IMG/VR virus record: IMGVR_UViG_3300044294_000547 | DNA from: an uncultured virus (IMG/VR IMGVR_UViG_3300044294_000547) | Lineage: Duplodnaviria; Heunggongvirae; Uroviricota; Caudoviricetes | Strand: one strand, 5' to 3' | DNA length: 64,000 nt | In this document: piece by piece, positions 10,634 to 22,200 of the stretch | Numbering within the stretch: position 1 is the first letter of the stretch | How the letters are laid out: each line of letters opens with the position of its first letter | Translations under genes and position numbers: made by a program | Notes under the pieces: model-generated | What the model saw: only the letters and a program-made list of their open reading frames with translations | Databases searched by the model: none | What the model was told of the DNA's origin: nothing

Positions 10634-13600
10634 TTAAGTTGTAGTACCACCAACTTGGTTACCTGTCGAATTACTAACAGATCCGTCAGTATTAACCGTC
10701 CAAAGGGCAGAGCCATTCAATTTGACTGTCTCTCCAGGTATGAAGTAGAGGCCGGTTACCGTTGTTTCCCACTTGTTATCAGCAGCAACAATATCATTTT
10801 TAATCTCACCAATTAATAATTTGGTTGGCCCAGCGGAACCGAACCCATTGAATTCGATTATCTGCATAGGACGCAGCCCAGTCCTTCCTGGAACAGTAAA
10901 TGTAATCTCTACTGGAGCATTAAACATCTTTGAATATCTTGATAACTGTCCTTCCAGGGTATCTTTGGAACCAAAAACAGCTTGAGCTTGGAAGAACATC
11001 TTTTTATAACCTATGAAGCTTGGACTAGCTGGATCAACTATAGAACTTTTATTTAGATGACCAGCAATCATCTTAGACATATTGGGAGTAGAAGATATCA
11101 AGCGTATTTCATTAACAACATCCTTGGTCATGCGCTTGAAAGAATAACTGCCCCCACTGACAACATTCCACCATTTATAATTAGATCCGGCAATCGGAGA
11201 ATTAGCATTTGCGGTCGATTCACCGCTTGCTCCAGAAATATCTGACGGAGTCTCTGCAGACGCTTGAGCAGGGGAACCCGAGCCCCCCGATGCTCCCAAT
11301 CTCAACCTTGAGTCACGAGGAGACCAACTAAAGTAGTCAACTGGCTTCAACTGTGGAAACCCCTGAGTTTGTTGAGTAGATCTGTCAATCTGCTGCATCT
11401 CAGCCTCATCAACAGGTATGTCAAAGTGAAATACGCCGTTGGCATCAAAAAACATTGTTTTTCCCATCATTTTTGCCCAAGTTTCTAATATACCTATATA
11501 GGCGTCTGACACCTTGGGTTTAAACATCGGAGAATTGAGAGTTGCATATTTACCTGGAAGGACATTATCGTTCCATATTATTTGCTCATCTCCAAACTGC
11601 ACAACCAAATAATCACTTTGTGGCTTGATGGATGCCAACTCTTTTATTAGCCTTCCTGGGTCTGTTAGAGATGCACTAGACCCAGCGCGTGAGCCACCAC
11701 TTGCGCTATCGTTACCGTTTTCAGATGAAGAATTACCTCCACCAAGTTTAAATCCCGCTTGGCATATTACATCAAGAACTGCGTTGTAATCTCGCATAGC
11801 ATCATAGTATGGAGCATTCAACCACCGCATGTGCTCAAGAACCATGAAGTAATCTCGCAAATTACAGGTCATTATAATCTTGGTTGCCTCAGTCTGAAAA
11901 CTTACATCATTACATATACCTGTAAACATGGCTCTTCTTGACTTTTTACCTGCACTAGATGCAAGAGTGGTGTACATTGATCCATCAAAATACCCCGCCC
12001 CTTCACGCCACGCATAAACAGTGATGTAGAAATAGCGATCTTGCAAAGAAGCCAAGTAATCACTCTTGTCTGCTTGGCTGCTGTTTGTGTCCTGTCCTCC
12101 AACGCTACTATCAACAGGATACTGCTCACCAGTGACAGAAACTGGCTTTATTGTTTCGAAGTTGCCCTGAGCCTCACCCTTTGTAAGATACAGCTTCATG
12201 GTTCCTTGGTGGTTAATGCGATATCGTTCATTTCGTGTCCAATTCTCTTGAAAATCGATAACATGATTTGTTATATCAACAGGCTCTGAAATCCACCTGT
12301 CTGATTCATCTTCTTTAATGAATACAGTAAAACTTGTACACAATGGTCTGAAACAGTTTTCTAAAATATATGGCTCGGAGCCACCTAACAATGCCAAAGA
12401 TCCAGCATTTAATGTTATTGACGGCGTGATGTTTATTGAACTTGGATTATTTGGGTTTGCAGAATCTTTATAGCTAGCTTTTATGACTGAAGGTCTATCA
12501 ACCTTAAAGCCTGCGTATGAAGATGCGTCAGAGGATGCTGCTCCATAGGTGTCTCCGGAAATGGTCTTGCGAACATCTAAAGAAAACTTGTCAGAAGAAA
12601 ACTTTTGGGAATTACCACCTATAATCTCTTCGATTTCTAAACAGGACTGAAACCAATAAGCGGGCTCCTCTCCAGAGAATCCCACAGCAGTACCATTCTC
12701 AATATCTTCAGCGTTCTTTGTGGCGTCTCGAGAACCCTTTGCCCTAAGCAGGATGCTCAAAGCCAGCTTGTCATATTGCGGATTTAACAATGCAACTGAC
12801 GATGACTGCGCGCTAGGCTTTTCACGTGGCGGGATGGCTATGTCAAGAACAGTTACGGGAAACTGGGTAGTCACGCTTACAGAAGGTACATACTGCAGTG
12901 GGCTAAAGTTGAATGCACCACGGTAATTTCCCATATGAACCCTAATCTTGCCAGACAACTTGATGGGAGAAAAATACTGATTGTTTCCAGACTTGTTTTC
13001 TGAATCTAGAGCTTGAAGCTGACTCTCTGTTAACATTTGCTTTCTTGCCATTTCTCGTATGCTTTCTGGCCATCTGTTTCTTTCTATTACTAGAGGCTCA
13101 CTGCCATCGATTGATATCTGTAAACGACCAAAATAATGCTGCACACTTATTTCGAATGCATCCATTTTGAGAATAGACGCACCGCTTTTTTTCATAGTTG
13201 CAAGCAATCGAGAATGATTTCTATCTCCACGTAAAACCGTAGTTTGCTGAGCGCTGTTTCCAGTCAGAGCAGAAACCCATTCAGGATCTCTAGTCACCTC
13301 ATATACAGAAACGTCTGATTCATTAGTTATGCATATAAAAAATCTGTTTTCTTCGCCACCGTCTACTTCAATAATAATGTACGGCTGTTCAGCAAGATAG
13401 TTTTTTTCTGCATCAGACGGTATAACGAAACCCGGAGTAGTATTCTCTCCATTTTCCACAGCAGTCCTGCAGACAGGACGAGCCACTCCGAAATTTTTCT
13501 CAACTCTAGCAGCATCAGATATTGTGTTGTCTGGAACAACACTAGGAGACGAAGATGCGCTATATACGATATTCCCATCTGTGTCATCAGAGTCTATATA

Positions 13601-14686
13601 AAGAGGATCAAGGTAGCAATAATCATCTCTCATTAAAAAAGCGGCTGTAGCCACCTTTCTGCCATCTTCAGGAGCTTGAGAATTTACCTTGTCCAAGTTG
13701 ACCTTCGGAAATTGCCCAGTCGTGTTGTGAAACCTGAAAGAAAAATCTAGACCAGCGAAAAGATCAGTGACCTTTTCATAACTCACATGCATGCCAGGGT
13801 TCAAATTTTTATATGAATTTTTTCTAGGCACTGTAGTTCCTATGGGCTCTCCAATTGTCTGCGCACGACCGCCATTAAAAAGTTGAGAATCTGATATCTC
13901 TTCGCCTAGTTTCTCAAATAAATTACCTACAAAACTTGTCGTAAGTTGGACATATGGCAATTCAGAACCAAATTGCTGATCTGCACTGACAGTAACCTCT
14001 TGACCGGGCATGCGTTTTTGACCCTTTTTTTTGGGCTCAGATATATTTCTCGTTCTGCTCACAGGCACCAAGTCTTCCAAGGGAGATTTTGCGTTTTCTC
14101 TTTGCTGACCAGATGAATTGACTAGTCCTTTTATCTTGTCCCTATCAATAAGATCAGTGAATAACCCAGGAACATGTCTAAACAATTGATGTATGAAAAA
14201 ACTCTCATTTTCTGATCTTACACTATCTGCTATTTCATCAATGCCCTCGACATCTATACCAAGAGATGTTTGATTCGAATTTGAAGTAAACTCTAGTGGG
14301 CTATTAGAAACCACTTCAGAAGTGGCTGTATCAAAAAGTGATGCACCCGATCGAGAAACAAACACCTTCTCAGCAAAACAAGTTGGCAAGCGACCATATT
14401 GAGCTCTTTTCAATGTAATGCCGACAGACGAACCCACATCTATAGCTTCAACATCATCTTTCTTGCTAGCGTTTAAGAACTGAAGGTTGTTTTTTGTAAA
14501 TAAAAATTCGTGTACTTGCCTGACGCGCTTTGAAAATGGACATCTGCCAGCCTCAAATAGCACCACCTGCATTTTGACAGTACCCAAGACCCCTATAGAG
14601 CCATGGCCACTACCATGCGCGCCATCAGCAAATGTAGCGCTTTTTAGAGTTGTGTCTTCGCCAAGATTACTGCGAAAGTTGGGCAT
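10634..14686 (-). CDS. Tail tip / baseplate hub-like protein
   Basis: ~1350 aa; likely start MPNFRS at 14686. Hub-like C-terminal motifs MFFDANGVFHFD, ITFTVPGRTGLRPMQIIEF, WETTVTG; second gene after the tape measure. Confidence 0.6.
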   Translation of the reverse strand: MPNFRSNLGEDTTLKSATFADGAHGSGHGSIGVLGTVKMQVVLFEAGRCPFSKRVRQVHEFLFTKNNLQFLNASKKDDVEAIDVGSSVGITLKRAQYGRLPTCFAEKVFVSRSGASLFDTATSEVVSNSPLEFTSNSNQTSLGIDVEGIDEIADSVRSENESFFIHQLFRHVPGLFTDLIDRDKIKGLVNSSGQQRENAKSPLEDLVPVSRTRNISEPKKKGQKRMPGQEVTVSADQQFGSELPYVQLTTSFVGNLFEKLGEEISDSQLFNGGRAQTIGEPIGTTVPRKNSYKNLNPGMHVSYEKVTDLFAGLDFSFRFHNTTGQFPKVNLDKVNSQAPEDGRKVATAAFLMRDDYCYLDPLYIDSDDTDGNIVYSASSSPSVVPDNTISDAARVEKNFGVARPVCRTAVENGENTTPGFVIPSDAEKNYLAEQPYIIIEVDGGEENRFFICITNESDVSVYEVTRDPEWVSALTGNSAQQTTVLRGDRNHSRLLATMKKSGASILKMDAFEISVQHYFGRLQISIDGSEPLVIERNRWPESIREMARKQMLTESQLQALDSENKSGNNQYFSPIKLSGKIRVHMGNYRGAFNFSPLQYVPSVSVTTQFPVTVLDIAIPPREKPSAQSSSVALLNPQYDKLALSILLRAKGSRDATKNAEDIENGTAVGFSGEEPAYWFQSCLEIEEIIGGNSQKFSSDKFSLDVRKTISGDTYGAASSDASSYAGFKVDRPSVIKASYKDSANPNNPSSINITPSITLNAGSLALLGGSEPYILENCFRPLCTSFTVFIKEDESDRWISEPVDITNHVIDFQENWTRNERYRINHQGTMKLYLTKGEAQGNFETIKPVSVTGEQYPVDSSVGGQDTNSSQADKSDYLASLQDRYFYITVYAWREGAGYFDGSMYTTLASSAGKKSRRAMFTGICNDVSFQTEATKIIMTCNLRDYFMVLEHMRWLNAPYYDAMRDYNAVLDVICQAGFKLGGGNSSSENGNDSASGGSRAGSSASLTDPGRLIKELASIKPQSDYLVVQFGDEQIIWNDNVLPGKYATLNSPMFKPKVSDAYIGILETWAKMMGKTMFFDANGVFHFDIPVDEAEMQQIDRSTQQTQGFPQLKPVDYFSWSPRDSRLRLGASGGSGSPAQASAETPSDISGASGESTANANSPIAGSNYKWWNVVSGGSYSFKRMTKDVVNEIRLISSTPNMSKMIAGHLNKSSIVDPASPSFIGYKKMFFQAQAVFGSKDTLEGQLSRYSKMFNAPVEITFTVPGRTGLRPMQIIEFNGFGSAGPTKLLIGEIKNDIVAADNKWETTVTGLYFIPGETVKLNGSALWTVNTDGSVSNSTGNQVGGTTT

Positions 14687-17600
14687 CGAGGATAAACCTA
14701 TCTCCAATTAGGAATCCAGCACGCACAGATTCTTTAGCAGAATAGTATAGTCTAAATATACCATTTTGAAGGGGAACGATTGTTGGCATAGATCCACCAA
14801 GGTCAACACCTAAATTCTGTTCAAGTTTACTTGGATCTCCCAAATATGTTTTGTCCAATCTTACAAACGACCTCTCCGTGAGAAGTTCTTCTGATATTTC
14901 AGATGGCAAAGGCCCTAAAATGTAAAATGGTCTCATGAATCTATGGTCTTCTGCGGAAAGCCAAGCAGTTGTGAATATTTTTGATGCCTCAGCAGACCTG
15001 TTCATTATGGAAACACAAGGAACACGTTGACCAAAAATACATCCTTCGATATTGTATGCTATCAAAACAAATTCTCCAAATTTGTCCACGCACATCGTCA
15101 GATTGTCTAAGGGGAGTGTATCTCCCAAACTCGCAGAAACATTCTCAAAATTGTAAATGCTATCTGCGTCAGAGATTTTATACTTTATTGGCCTGATTGG
15201 AAATGAATAGTCTCTGAAGGCCGGATTCCATGTTTTTCCACAATCAGAACTTACGAATGCATATGCAGAACCCTCATGTGTCATCATGCAGAAAAGACTT
15301 CCGTTGGGCATAACCTCAAACGCGTATGGTCCCATTGGATCAAAATCAAATCTACCCGATGTGCCAACACAAAGTTTGGGGTTTTCTACGAACGATGTGG
15401 ATATTCTTGGATAGAAAGTTTTTTTGGACAATTCGCTCGACGAAATGCCAGAAGAACTTGTGAATTTCCTGCTTGTCAAGATTCTAAAATTGGCTGCCTC
15501 TTCCTTGTATGCCGGGTTTTCTGCAAAATCAGCATAAACCACATGGCAAGGTGCTAGTCTAACTTTCATCATTCCAAGATTTATATTAACATTATTTTGA
15601 TTCTGAGAAAATCCATTAGTCTTGTATGGCTCTTCTGAAATTGAGTAAACATCTAAGCCGTCTGCATATCCAACCCTAAACTTTTCTTTAGGCATCGACT
15701 TCGGCAATCGGCATAAATCAGTACTCATATCAGAGTCATCTATTCTCTTACACAGTAGCATGCCGTCTTTTTTAAACATACAGTATGTGCAGGATAAATT
15801 ATGATCTGATTTTACTACAATGTCGCTGAATGATTCGCCACTAAAGCCCTGCATCACATGCGTCATTAGATTCCAACGCAAATCGCCATCACAAGACATA
15901 TAGCAACTCAATCCCATATCTTCATTCTGCGATGCGAAATACATACCATAACAGCCATATGAGTCTATGAATGGGGATGCACTCGTCATTTCGGGATACC
16001 AAATGTCGGCCTTAGACTTTTCTATCCATCTCACCTTTACATTTGCAGTAATTGATCCAGAAATGGGAGACGAAGAAGATATGATTAAATTCATAGATGA
16101 TCCGTAATGCGGACCACGTATTTTTACTGTACCTAAATCGTCAACCTTATACCAAAGCATCATCTTGCTGCCGCTTGGCGGATAGAAAGAAACCGAATCT
16201 GACAAAAATGAACCATCTATGCATGCAGAAATGAACATTTTCTTCAATTGTTCTTTAGATTGATTTTTTAAATAAATATCAATCCCGGCTATATAATAAT
16301 TTGGGTTGGACGGAATTGATGCTGATGCTCCATCGCCACTGACTGAAAATAATATATTATAATCATTTTCAACAAAATTTGGCAAATTACTCGGCTGCTC
16401 ACGGAATGCATCGGCTTCATTGACAACTGCCTTGAAGCCTGGATAAACGACTGGCACCATGTCAAAAGGAAAACCGAAAGCGGCTTTCGATCTTATTGGG
16501 TTGGCAAGGTCAGTGATTTTTTTATCTCGCCATATGACAGATTCATCATCAATACGCTCATTGATAAATGAACATGCCGAAGTAATCTTTTGAGTTTGTA
16601 TCGAGTTGATGGGCATAAGCGCAAAGTTCTGATCATCCCTAACGGTCAAAACACCGAAACTGTTATTATAATTCATCGCAGAACGCATGCCTTCAAATAA
16701 TGTTCCCGTTGTAAATACAAAAACCGCACCATTTGTCTCTTGTTGGCTGTTTAGATTCTCTATGGTTATCCTACTAGTCCTAGAAAGATTAATGTTTTTA
16801 ATACTTCCAGCAGATCTGAGAAAATTTATTGATGCATTACCAGTTGTTATATCAATAGCAGCACTTCCCTGATTCACGTTTGGCATTGTTAAGATTATCC
16901 GAGTGTCAAACTCTGCTAGCGACAAATCTGGAAAGTCCGCATCTCCATATGAAGGAATCGTCCCACCAACTCTTATCTGCGTGCTAGAGTATGGCTCAAA
17001 AAAATCAAGCCTAGGTATGCCAATGCCGCCCCTTATGCCATTTGATTCGTATTTTGATGACTTCTGTATTGCTAGCGCAAGATCTTTGTGGTACGGTATC
17101 TTGAGGTCGTCTGGAAGACAACTGTTGCATGCTTCAGATATGTCAAAATACATGTCTCCTAAATACATTTCATCAATCACAAATTCACTTATGTTTGCAA
17201 GATTTTTACTGTACCAATCAGTATTCAAAGAGCCTGGGGAAAAAAGTTTAAATGGCTCATCCCACGGAGACATAATATATATACCAGTCTTATCTCCAAA
17301 AAAAAAGCCTTTTGGAAAATTAAATTTTCTTAGTGTTGGTAGTCTTGTATATATCCGTGATATACGCGGCAATTCAACAGATATTGGAGATCCCACAATG
17401 TCAATGTTAAGGTCTGCTGAATCAGTTGAACCACCGGGGGGGTCAAGCGGATTTCCAAAGTTAGGACGACCTATGCCAATATTTATCGATTGTCTCACCC
17501 TGTCGCAAATCTCTTTAAATTTTTCATCTGATGAAATATAAGATTCATATGAACTTGATCCAATTTCAACACACTTAAGATAAGCAAGATAAGAAAAAGA

Positions 17601-19214
17601 CCTCAATTCAACTCCGGCGCTAGATAAACTAGGCAGCCTGCCATAATAATTGGAAGTAAAATCTCCTTGTAAAGATCTCCATGAGCACAATTCTCCAAAT
17701 GCTTCCGCTTCGCGAACAATTGTTTTACATGGAGAGAAATGATATACTCCACTTTTCGTAGAACCTATCAATAGAGCCCCAGGTAATTGCAGTATCATTG
17801 ATCTGTCCAAATTAATCCTTCTTGCAAGAACTTTTTCCGCAGCTTGATAGGTGATATATATTGAGTTATAGTACTTATCAGTTGATATGAATGTTCTAGT
17901 CGGTGTGTTTTCATCTCCGCCACCAGTTGAACTCATAGATGCTGTTATTGCAGGGAAGAAAACAACAAGATAACGCTTGGTTGGATCTACATCCTCATTT
18001 ACTGAAAAAACAGGTGTATGACCAGAATCAAAACTGGTTCCCGTCATTGAGATACCTGGAGTCTGCGCATTACCACCAGCCATGATATATTTTTTTAATT
18101 TTGCTCCGGATATATAAGCAAAATTTAGAGGTATCGCTTCTTCAACTACTGAAGAAGGAACTCCGTTTCTCGGGTCTTCAGCATTAACACCATCAACTAT
18201 GCCCTTGCCAAGGTATTGAATTGAAGCTCCAAAGTTTACCGGTTTCCATGTTACACACAGCACAGAAGCATAGCCATCTGGAACTTTGATTATGAGTGCC
18301 CTTCCTTGTCCTTGCGGGAAAATGGGCCAGTTGGCACTTCCATCAGCAAATTCTTCTTCTCCCCTGCGTATTGCGTTACCACGACTTATATCACTTTCTA
18401 GTGAAGCAAAATCAAAAATAGTATTTATGCCAACTTTTCTATTAACCTCAGTTTTGCCATCGTGTATAAAATATCCGTATTTATACGAAAGTAATTTCAT
18501 TGCCGTGTTTTGTTGAGAGCTTGCGGAATCTAAAGCAGAAAGAGCGGATAGCACATTTGACCCGATTGACTGAAGTGAATCTAACAAACTAAGACTCTGT
18601 AAAGTCAATTTTACGAACGACTGTATTTCTATACTTATCGAACTTGATGGAAGCATTCTGATACGGGCACCAACAAAATATGGGACATCATATGCAGGAC
18701 CAAATAGAGAATTAATCGTCAAATCATCAGACGGCCCACCATATTCTGGAATAATATAAAAAACTACAGTACTCCCTCTTTGCACTGCTTTGCTAGTTGA
18801 AAATTGTGAGCCTTCTTCTTCCTCTGTCGGTGCTTCACTCATAATTTTCACTGAAAGACCAACTCTGCGCAAAGTGCCCTGAAGAAGATCTAGAACTCCA
18901 TTTCTATTATAATACCATCCATATTCTAAATAAATTTTTATAACACGAGATTCAGTTCCGCCAGAGATCATGGCATCCGTGAGATCTTCTACACTCGTCT
19001 GCAATTTGATTTTAAAACCATCGAATGTACGCTCTGCTCCAGATGAAGATACCACTTTTTTAGATGCCTCTGAAGAAATTTCAATCGATGGCGAAAATGC
19101 AGGCATCTCTGAAGGTCTAAGCGGACGCGTGACCACCGTGGGGATGCTGCCCTTGGCCAAAACTTGAGAGTTGTCAAGAGCGAGTATGCCATTAGGCAAG
19201 CCGCCAGTACTCAT
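14667..19214 (-). CDS. Large minor tail protein with BNR/Asp-box motifs
   Basis: 1515 aa directly after the tape measure; Asp-box-like FVSSDCGKTWN and MSCDGDLRWN. Confidence 0.6.
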   Translation of the reverse strand: MSTGGLPNGILALDNSQVLAKGSIPTVVTRPLRPSEMPAFSPSIEISSEASKKVVSSSGAERTFDGFKIKLQTSVEDLTDAMISGGTESRVIKIYLEYGWYYNRNGVLDLLQGTLRRVGLSVKIMSEAPTEEEEGSQFSTSKAVQRGSTVVFYIIPEYGGPSDDLTINSLFGPAYDVPYFVGARIRMLPSSSISIEIQSFVKLTLQSLSLLDSLQSIGSNVLSALSALDSASSQQNTAMKLLSYKYGYFIHDGKTEVNRKVGINTIFDFASLESDISRGNAIRRGEEEFADGSANWPIFPQGQGRALIIKVPDGYASVLCVTWKPVNFGASIQYLGKGIVDGVNAEDPRNGVPSSVVEEAIPLNFAYISGAKLKKYIMAGGNAQTPGISMTGTSFDSGHTPVFSVNEDVDPTKRYLVVFFPAITASMSSTGGGDENTPTRTFISTDKYYNSIYITYQAAEKVLARRINLDRSMILQLPGALLIGSTKSGVYHFSPCKTIVREAEAFGELCSWRSLQGDFTSNYYGRLPSLSSAGVELRSFSYLAYLKCVEIGSSSYESYISSDEKFKEICDRVRQSINIGIGRPNFGNPLDPPGGSTDSADLNIDIVGSPISVELPRISRIYTRLPTLRKFNFPKGFFFGDKTGIYIMSPWDEPFKLFSPGSLNTDWYSKNLANISEFVIDEMYLGDMYFDISEACNSCLPDDLKIPYHKDLALAIQKSSKYESNGIRGGIGIPRLDFFEPYSSTQIRVGGTIPSYGDADFPDLSLAEFDTRIILTMPNVNQGSAAIDITTGNASINFLRSAGSIKNINLSRTSRITIENLNSQQETNGAVFVFTTGTLFEGMRSAMNYNNSFGVLTVRDDQNFALMPINSIQTQKITSACSFINERIDDESVIWRDKKITDLANPIRSKAAFGFPFDMVPVVYPGFKAVVNEADAFREQPSNLPNFVENDYNILFSVSGDGASASIPSNPNYYIAGIDIYLKNQSKEQLKKMFISACIDGSFLSDSVSFYPPSGSKMMLWYKVDDLGTVKIRGPHYGSSMNLIISSSSPISGSITANVKVRWIEKSKADIWYPEMTSASPFIDSYGCYGMYFASQNEDMGLSCYMSCDGDLRWNLMTHVMQGFSGESFSDIVVKSDHNLSCTYCMFKKDGMLLCKRIDDSDMSTDLCRLPKSMPKEKFRVGYADGLDVYSISEEPYKTNGFSQNQNNVNINLGMMKVRLAPCHVVYADFAENPAYKEEAANFRILTSRKFTSSSGISSSELSKKTFYPRISTSFVENPKLCVGTSGRFDFDPMGPYAFEVMPNGSLFCMMTHEGSAYAFVSSDCGKTWNPAFRDYSFPIRPIKYKISDADSIYNFENVSASLGDTLPLDNLTMCVDKFGEFVLIAYNIEGCIFGQRVPCVSIMNRSAEASKIFTTAWLSAEDHRFMRPFYILGPLPSEISEELLTERSFVRLDKTYLGDPSKLEQNLGVDLGGSMPTIVPLQNGIFRLYYSAKESVRAGFLIGDRFILDAQLSQ

Positions 19215-19239
19215 GCACCCACCGCAGCCTTCATGTCAA

Positions 19240-22200
19240 CTATGCCCTTGCCAAGGTCCTAATGGCCATGGCAAATCCGTCAATTATGGCTGGAACCACC
19301 TGGTCCTTAGCCATGGCGGCAACTTGGCTAGATATGCTGCCAAAAACACTATCATCAAGACGAAGTTGACCAGTCGATGCAGATGCACCAGCCGTAGACG
19401 ATGTCGCTGCAGCAGCAGGAGTTGCCGCAGGAGGCGTGCCCACCACAGACCCTGCAGCACCCCCCGCTGCAGCGGCTGCGATTGCAGTCTGATCCATTCT
19501 GTATTCTATGCTTGCAACACCGTCAGTAGACATTTCAGTGTCCCTGTCAAGCCAAATGTGATGTTCCCGCGCCTGTCTTCTGTCAATTGTCAAAATGGCT
19601 GGAACCAACTGTTTGAGATAATCAGTGATAGCTATCTGTTCCTTAGCTATGGCGGCAACTTGGCTAGATATGCTGTCAACAATCGAGTCAGAAACTATGC
19701 CTGCTGCTGTTGCAGCTTCTGCACTATTATCAAGACGAAGTTGACCAGTCGATGCAGATGCACCAGCCGTAGACGATGTCGCTGCAGCAGCAGGAGTTGC
19801 CGCAGAAGGCGTGCCCACCACAGACCCTGCAGCACCCCCCGCTGCTGCAGTCTGATCCATAGCGGCTCCCATTCTGTCTGCATTTAGGCTTGCAACATCG
19901 CCAGTTGCCCTGCCAGCTATCTGTTTGAGATAATCAGTGATTTCAGGCATTTGACTGCTAACCAACTCGTTGGTGTAACTAGCCATGTCCCTAGACCACT
20001 CGCCAGCCTGTATCCCACCAACTCCAAATGTGGACATCTCTGCCCCCCGTCCGTCGGCTGCGCCTGTTCGCAAACTGGTGGGCATGTCTTTTGCAGTCCT
20101 GAGAAGAGTCCCTAGGTTTTTCTCTTGGTCAACAACGATTTCCGCAAATACTCCAGCTCCTTCCATCATGGAGCTCAGGGCATCGAGATAGCCCTCCCTG
20201 ATCTGCTTTGTCATCTCAAGTTGCTGCTTGATCAGACCGAGACGCGTGGTGTCAGCTTCGTTAAGCTTCTTTTGAGCATCAGCAGCTGCTTCCTTGAATG
20301 CCATAATCTCCCTATTTGCAGCTTCTATTTCTCCCGATTTACCATCGGCTTGAGCCTTGACAAGCTTCTGCTCGGCCTCTGCGGCTTTGTTGAGAAAATC
20401 TTGCTGGGTTTTAGTGAGTGCTGCCATTTCATTTTCAGTAGTTGATATCTGCTCACCAATCGTCTGAACGGCAGCGGCGCGCATCTCAGCACTGGCCCCA
20501 ATTCCACTCGCCACACTGTCCATCAGGGATAGTTGAGCCTCAATCTGAGAAACTTCTGACTTCCTGTATTCGGATTCTTTATTAAACCTAGCAACGCTAG
20601 CATCCAAGATTGTTTTGTTATTGTCTCTAATAGTCTTGGTGACATCATTAGATGCGCTTATTGCCTTTTGACGCTGCTTCTCAAGCATTGTCAAAACCTG
20701 ATCAGCATTACCTTTTTTGACGGCCTCTACAACCGCTTCGGCGTCAAGTATTGCCTTTTTTAACTCTTGCTGTGCTGCTTCCTTTTTTTTCGGGTCTTGC
20801 TCAGCGTCAATCAGCTCTTGGGCTTGCTTGACCGTTTCTTTAAACCCGTACTGAAGTTCTTGTGCGGCATTCATTCGATCTTCAGGATTCTGGAGGGCAA
20901 TTTGCCCTCTCTGAATAAATCCTAGTCTGGTTGCTTCTATTTCAGCGATCGCCGCCTTTGCCTTCACCTGCCTTTCCATGCTTTCTTTCATTTGCGAGGA
21001 GTACTCAGAATCATTAGCGGACTGATCTCCTATGTATCCACCTATTCCACTAATTTTTCCGAGCATCTCTGCCTGTATGGTGTACGCTTCGTTGATAGCC
21101 GTCACAACATCGCCGTGCACCTTTGCTTGGTCCGTAAGTTGCTCCTGCGCAAGCCTCAGACGATCCAGGGTCTGAAGCCGTAATGAACCAGTAACCATGC
21201 TAGCCAATTCGGCTGTAACGCCAGCTTTCATCGCCTTGTTAATTGCATTCTCCATTTTTTGTTGAGCTAGTTTAGTATTTATTCTGCCCCTTTCCATTTT
21301 ATCGAGGGCATCAGTCACATCTTTTTGATCAAGCATGTATTCCAACATAGCCTTAGCATCTTCCCCGCCTTCCGATGCAGCCTTCATCATTTCAGACTTA
21401 GCCTGAGATAGATCCATACCCTTGGCAAACAATTGTTCAAAAGAAGCAATCGTATCAGCGCTCAATTCTTTCTTCAATGCGGATGCACCTTCGGTGTCGA
21501 CGTCCAAGTCTGAAACACCCTTATACCCTCCAGACGTCATCTTTTTCATCATTTCAGCAGTGGCCGCACCAGGGGCTAGGGTAAGACCCTTTACAAACTC
21601 TTGAACAGCAGGAATATTCCCTATCATAGAATACATGATCTTGCTCTCATTTGCAAGAACATTACTAGCCATTGTCGCAGTTTCCGCAAGACCAAGACGC
21701 TTCTTGGCCTGCTCGCTCAATCCTTCAGTGGTTCTCATTATGCTGGCAAGTTGATCTCTGTTGATCTCATTCATCGCATACATCATTTCGGCATTTGCTT
21801 TTGTGATTTGACCTTGCCTCATGAGCGAATCACTAAGTTTGTCAACATCGGCAGCACCAGCACGTTGAGCAGCCTTAAGCTTGTCAGCAGCATCAATCAT
21901 CAACAACTGATCTTCGTATGCTAAGCGCGTTTTCTGACTAAAATCCTCAAGCCTAGTCATATATGCCTTAATCGCCTCTGAAGTCATGCCAAAGCGATCA
22001 CCAGCAAACTGCACCACAGCAGCTATCTTTTCCTGCCCAGTGATTGCCACAGGCATATTCATGGCAAGATCCTGCTGTATCTTCAACAGGTCTTCGTATG
22101 GAAGAGAGAATTGACGAGAAAGATTGGCAGTACTCGCGGCAATTCCGTCGGCAGTTTTACCATACAGTGCAAGAGTGCGCTCAGCTCCCACAAGGCTAAC

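Noticed and set aside
19286..19860. Repeat pair as a diversity-generating retroelement TR/VR
   Set aside because: Few mismatches, not exclusively at adenines, with indels; both copies are in one ORF and no reverse transcriptase is in the window.
19171..19887. Plus-strand Arg/Cys-rich 238-aa ORF and similar antisense ORFs (16903-17541, 24851-25513, 40379-41014, 61164-63881)
   Set aside because: They are shadow frames opposite well-supported minus-strand genes, with compositions dictated by the sense-strand repeats and codon bias.
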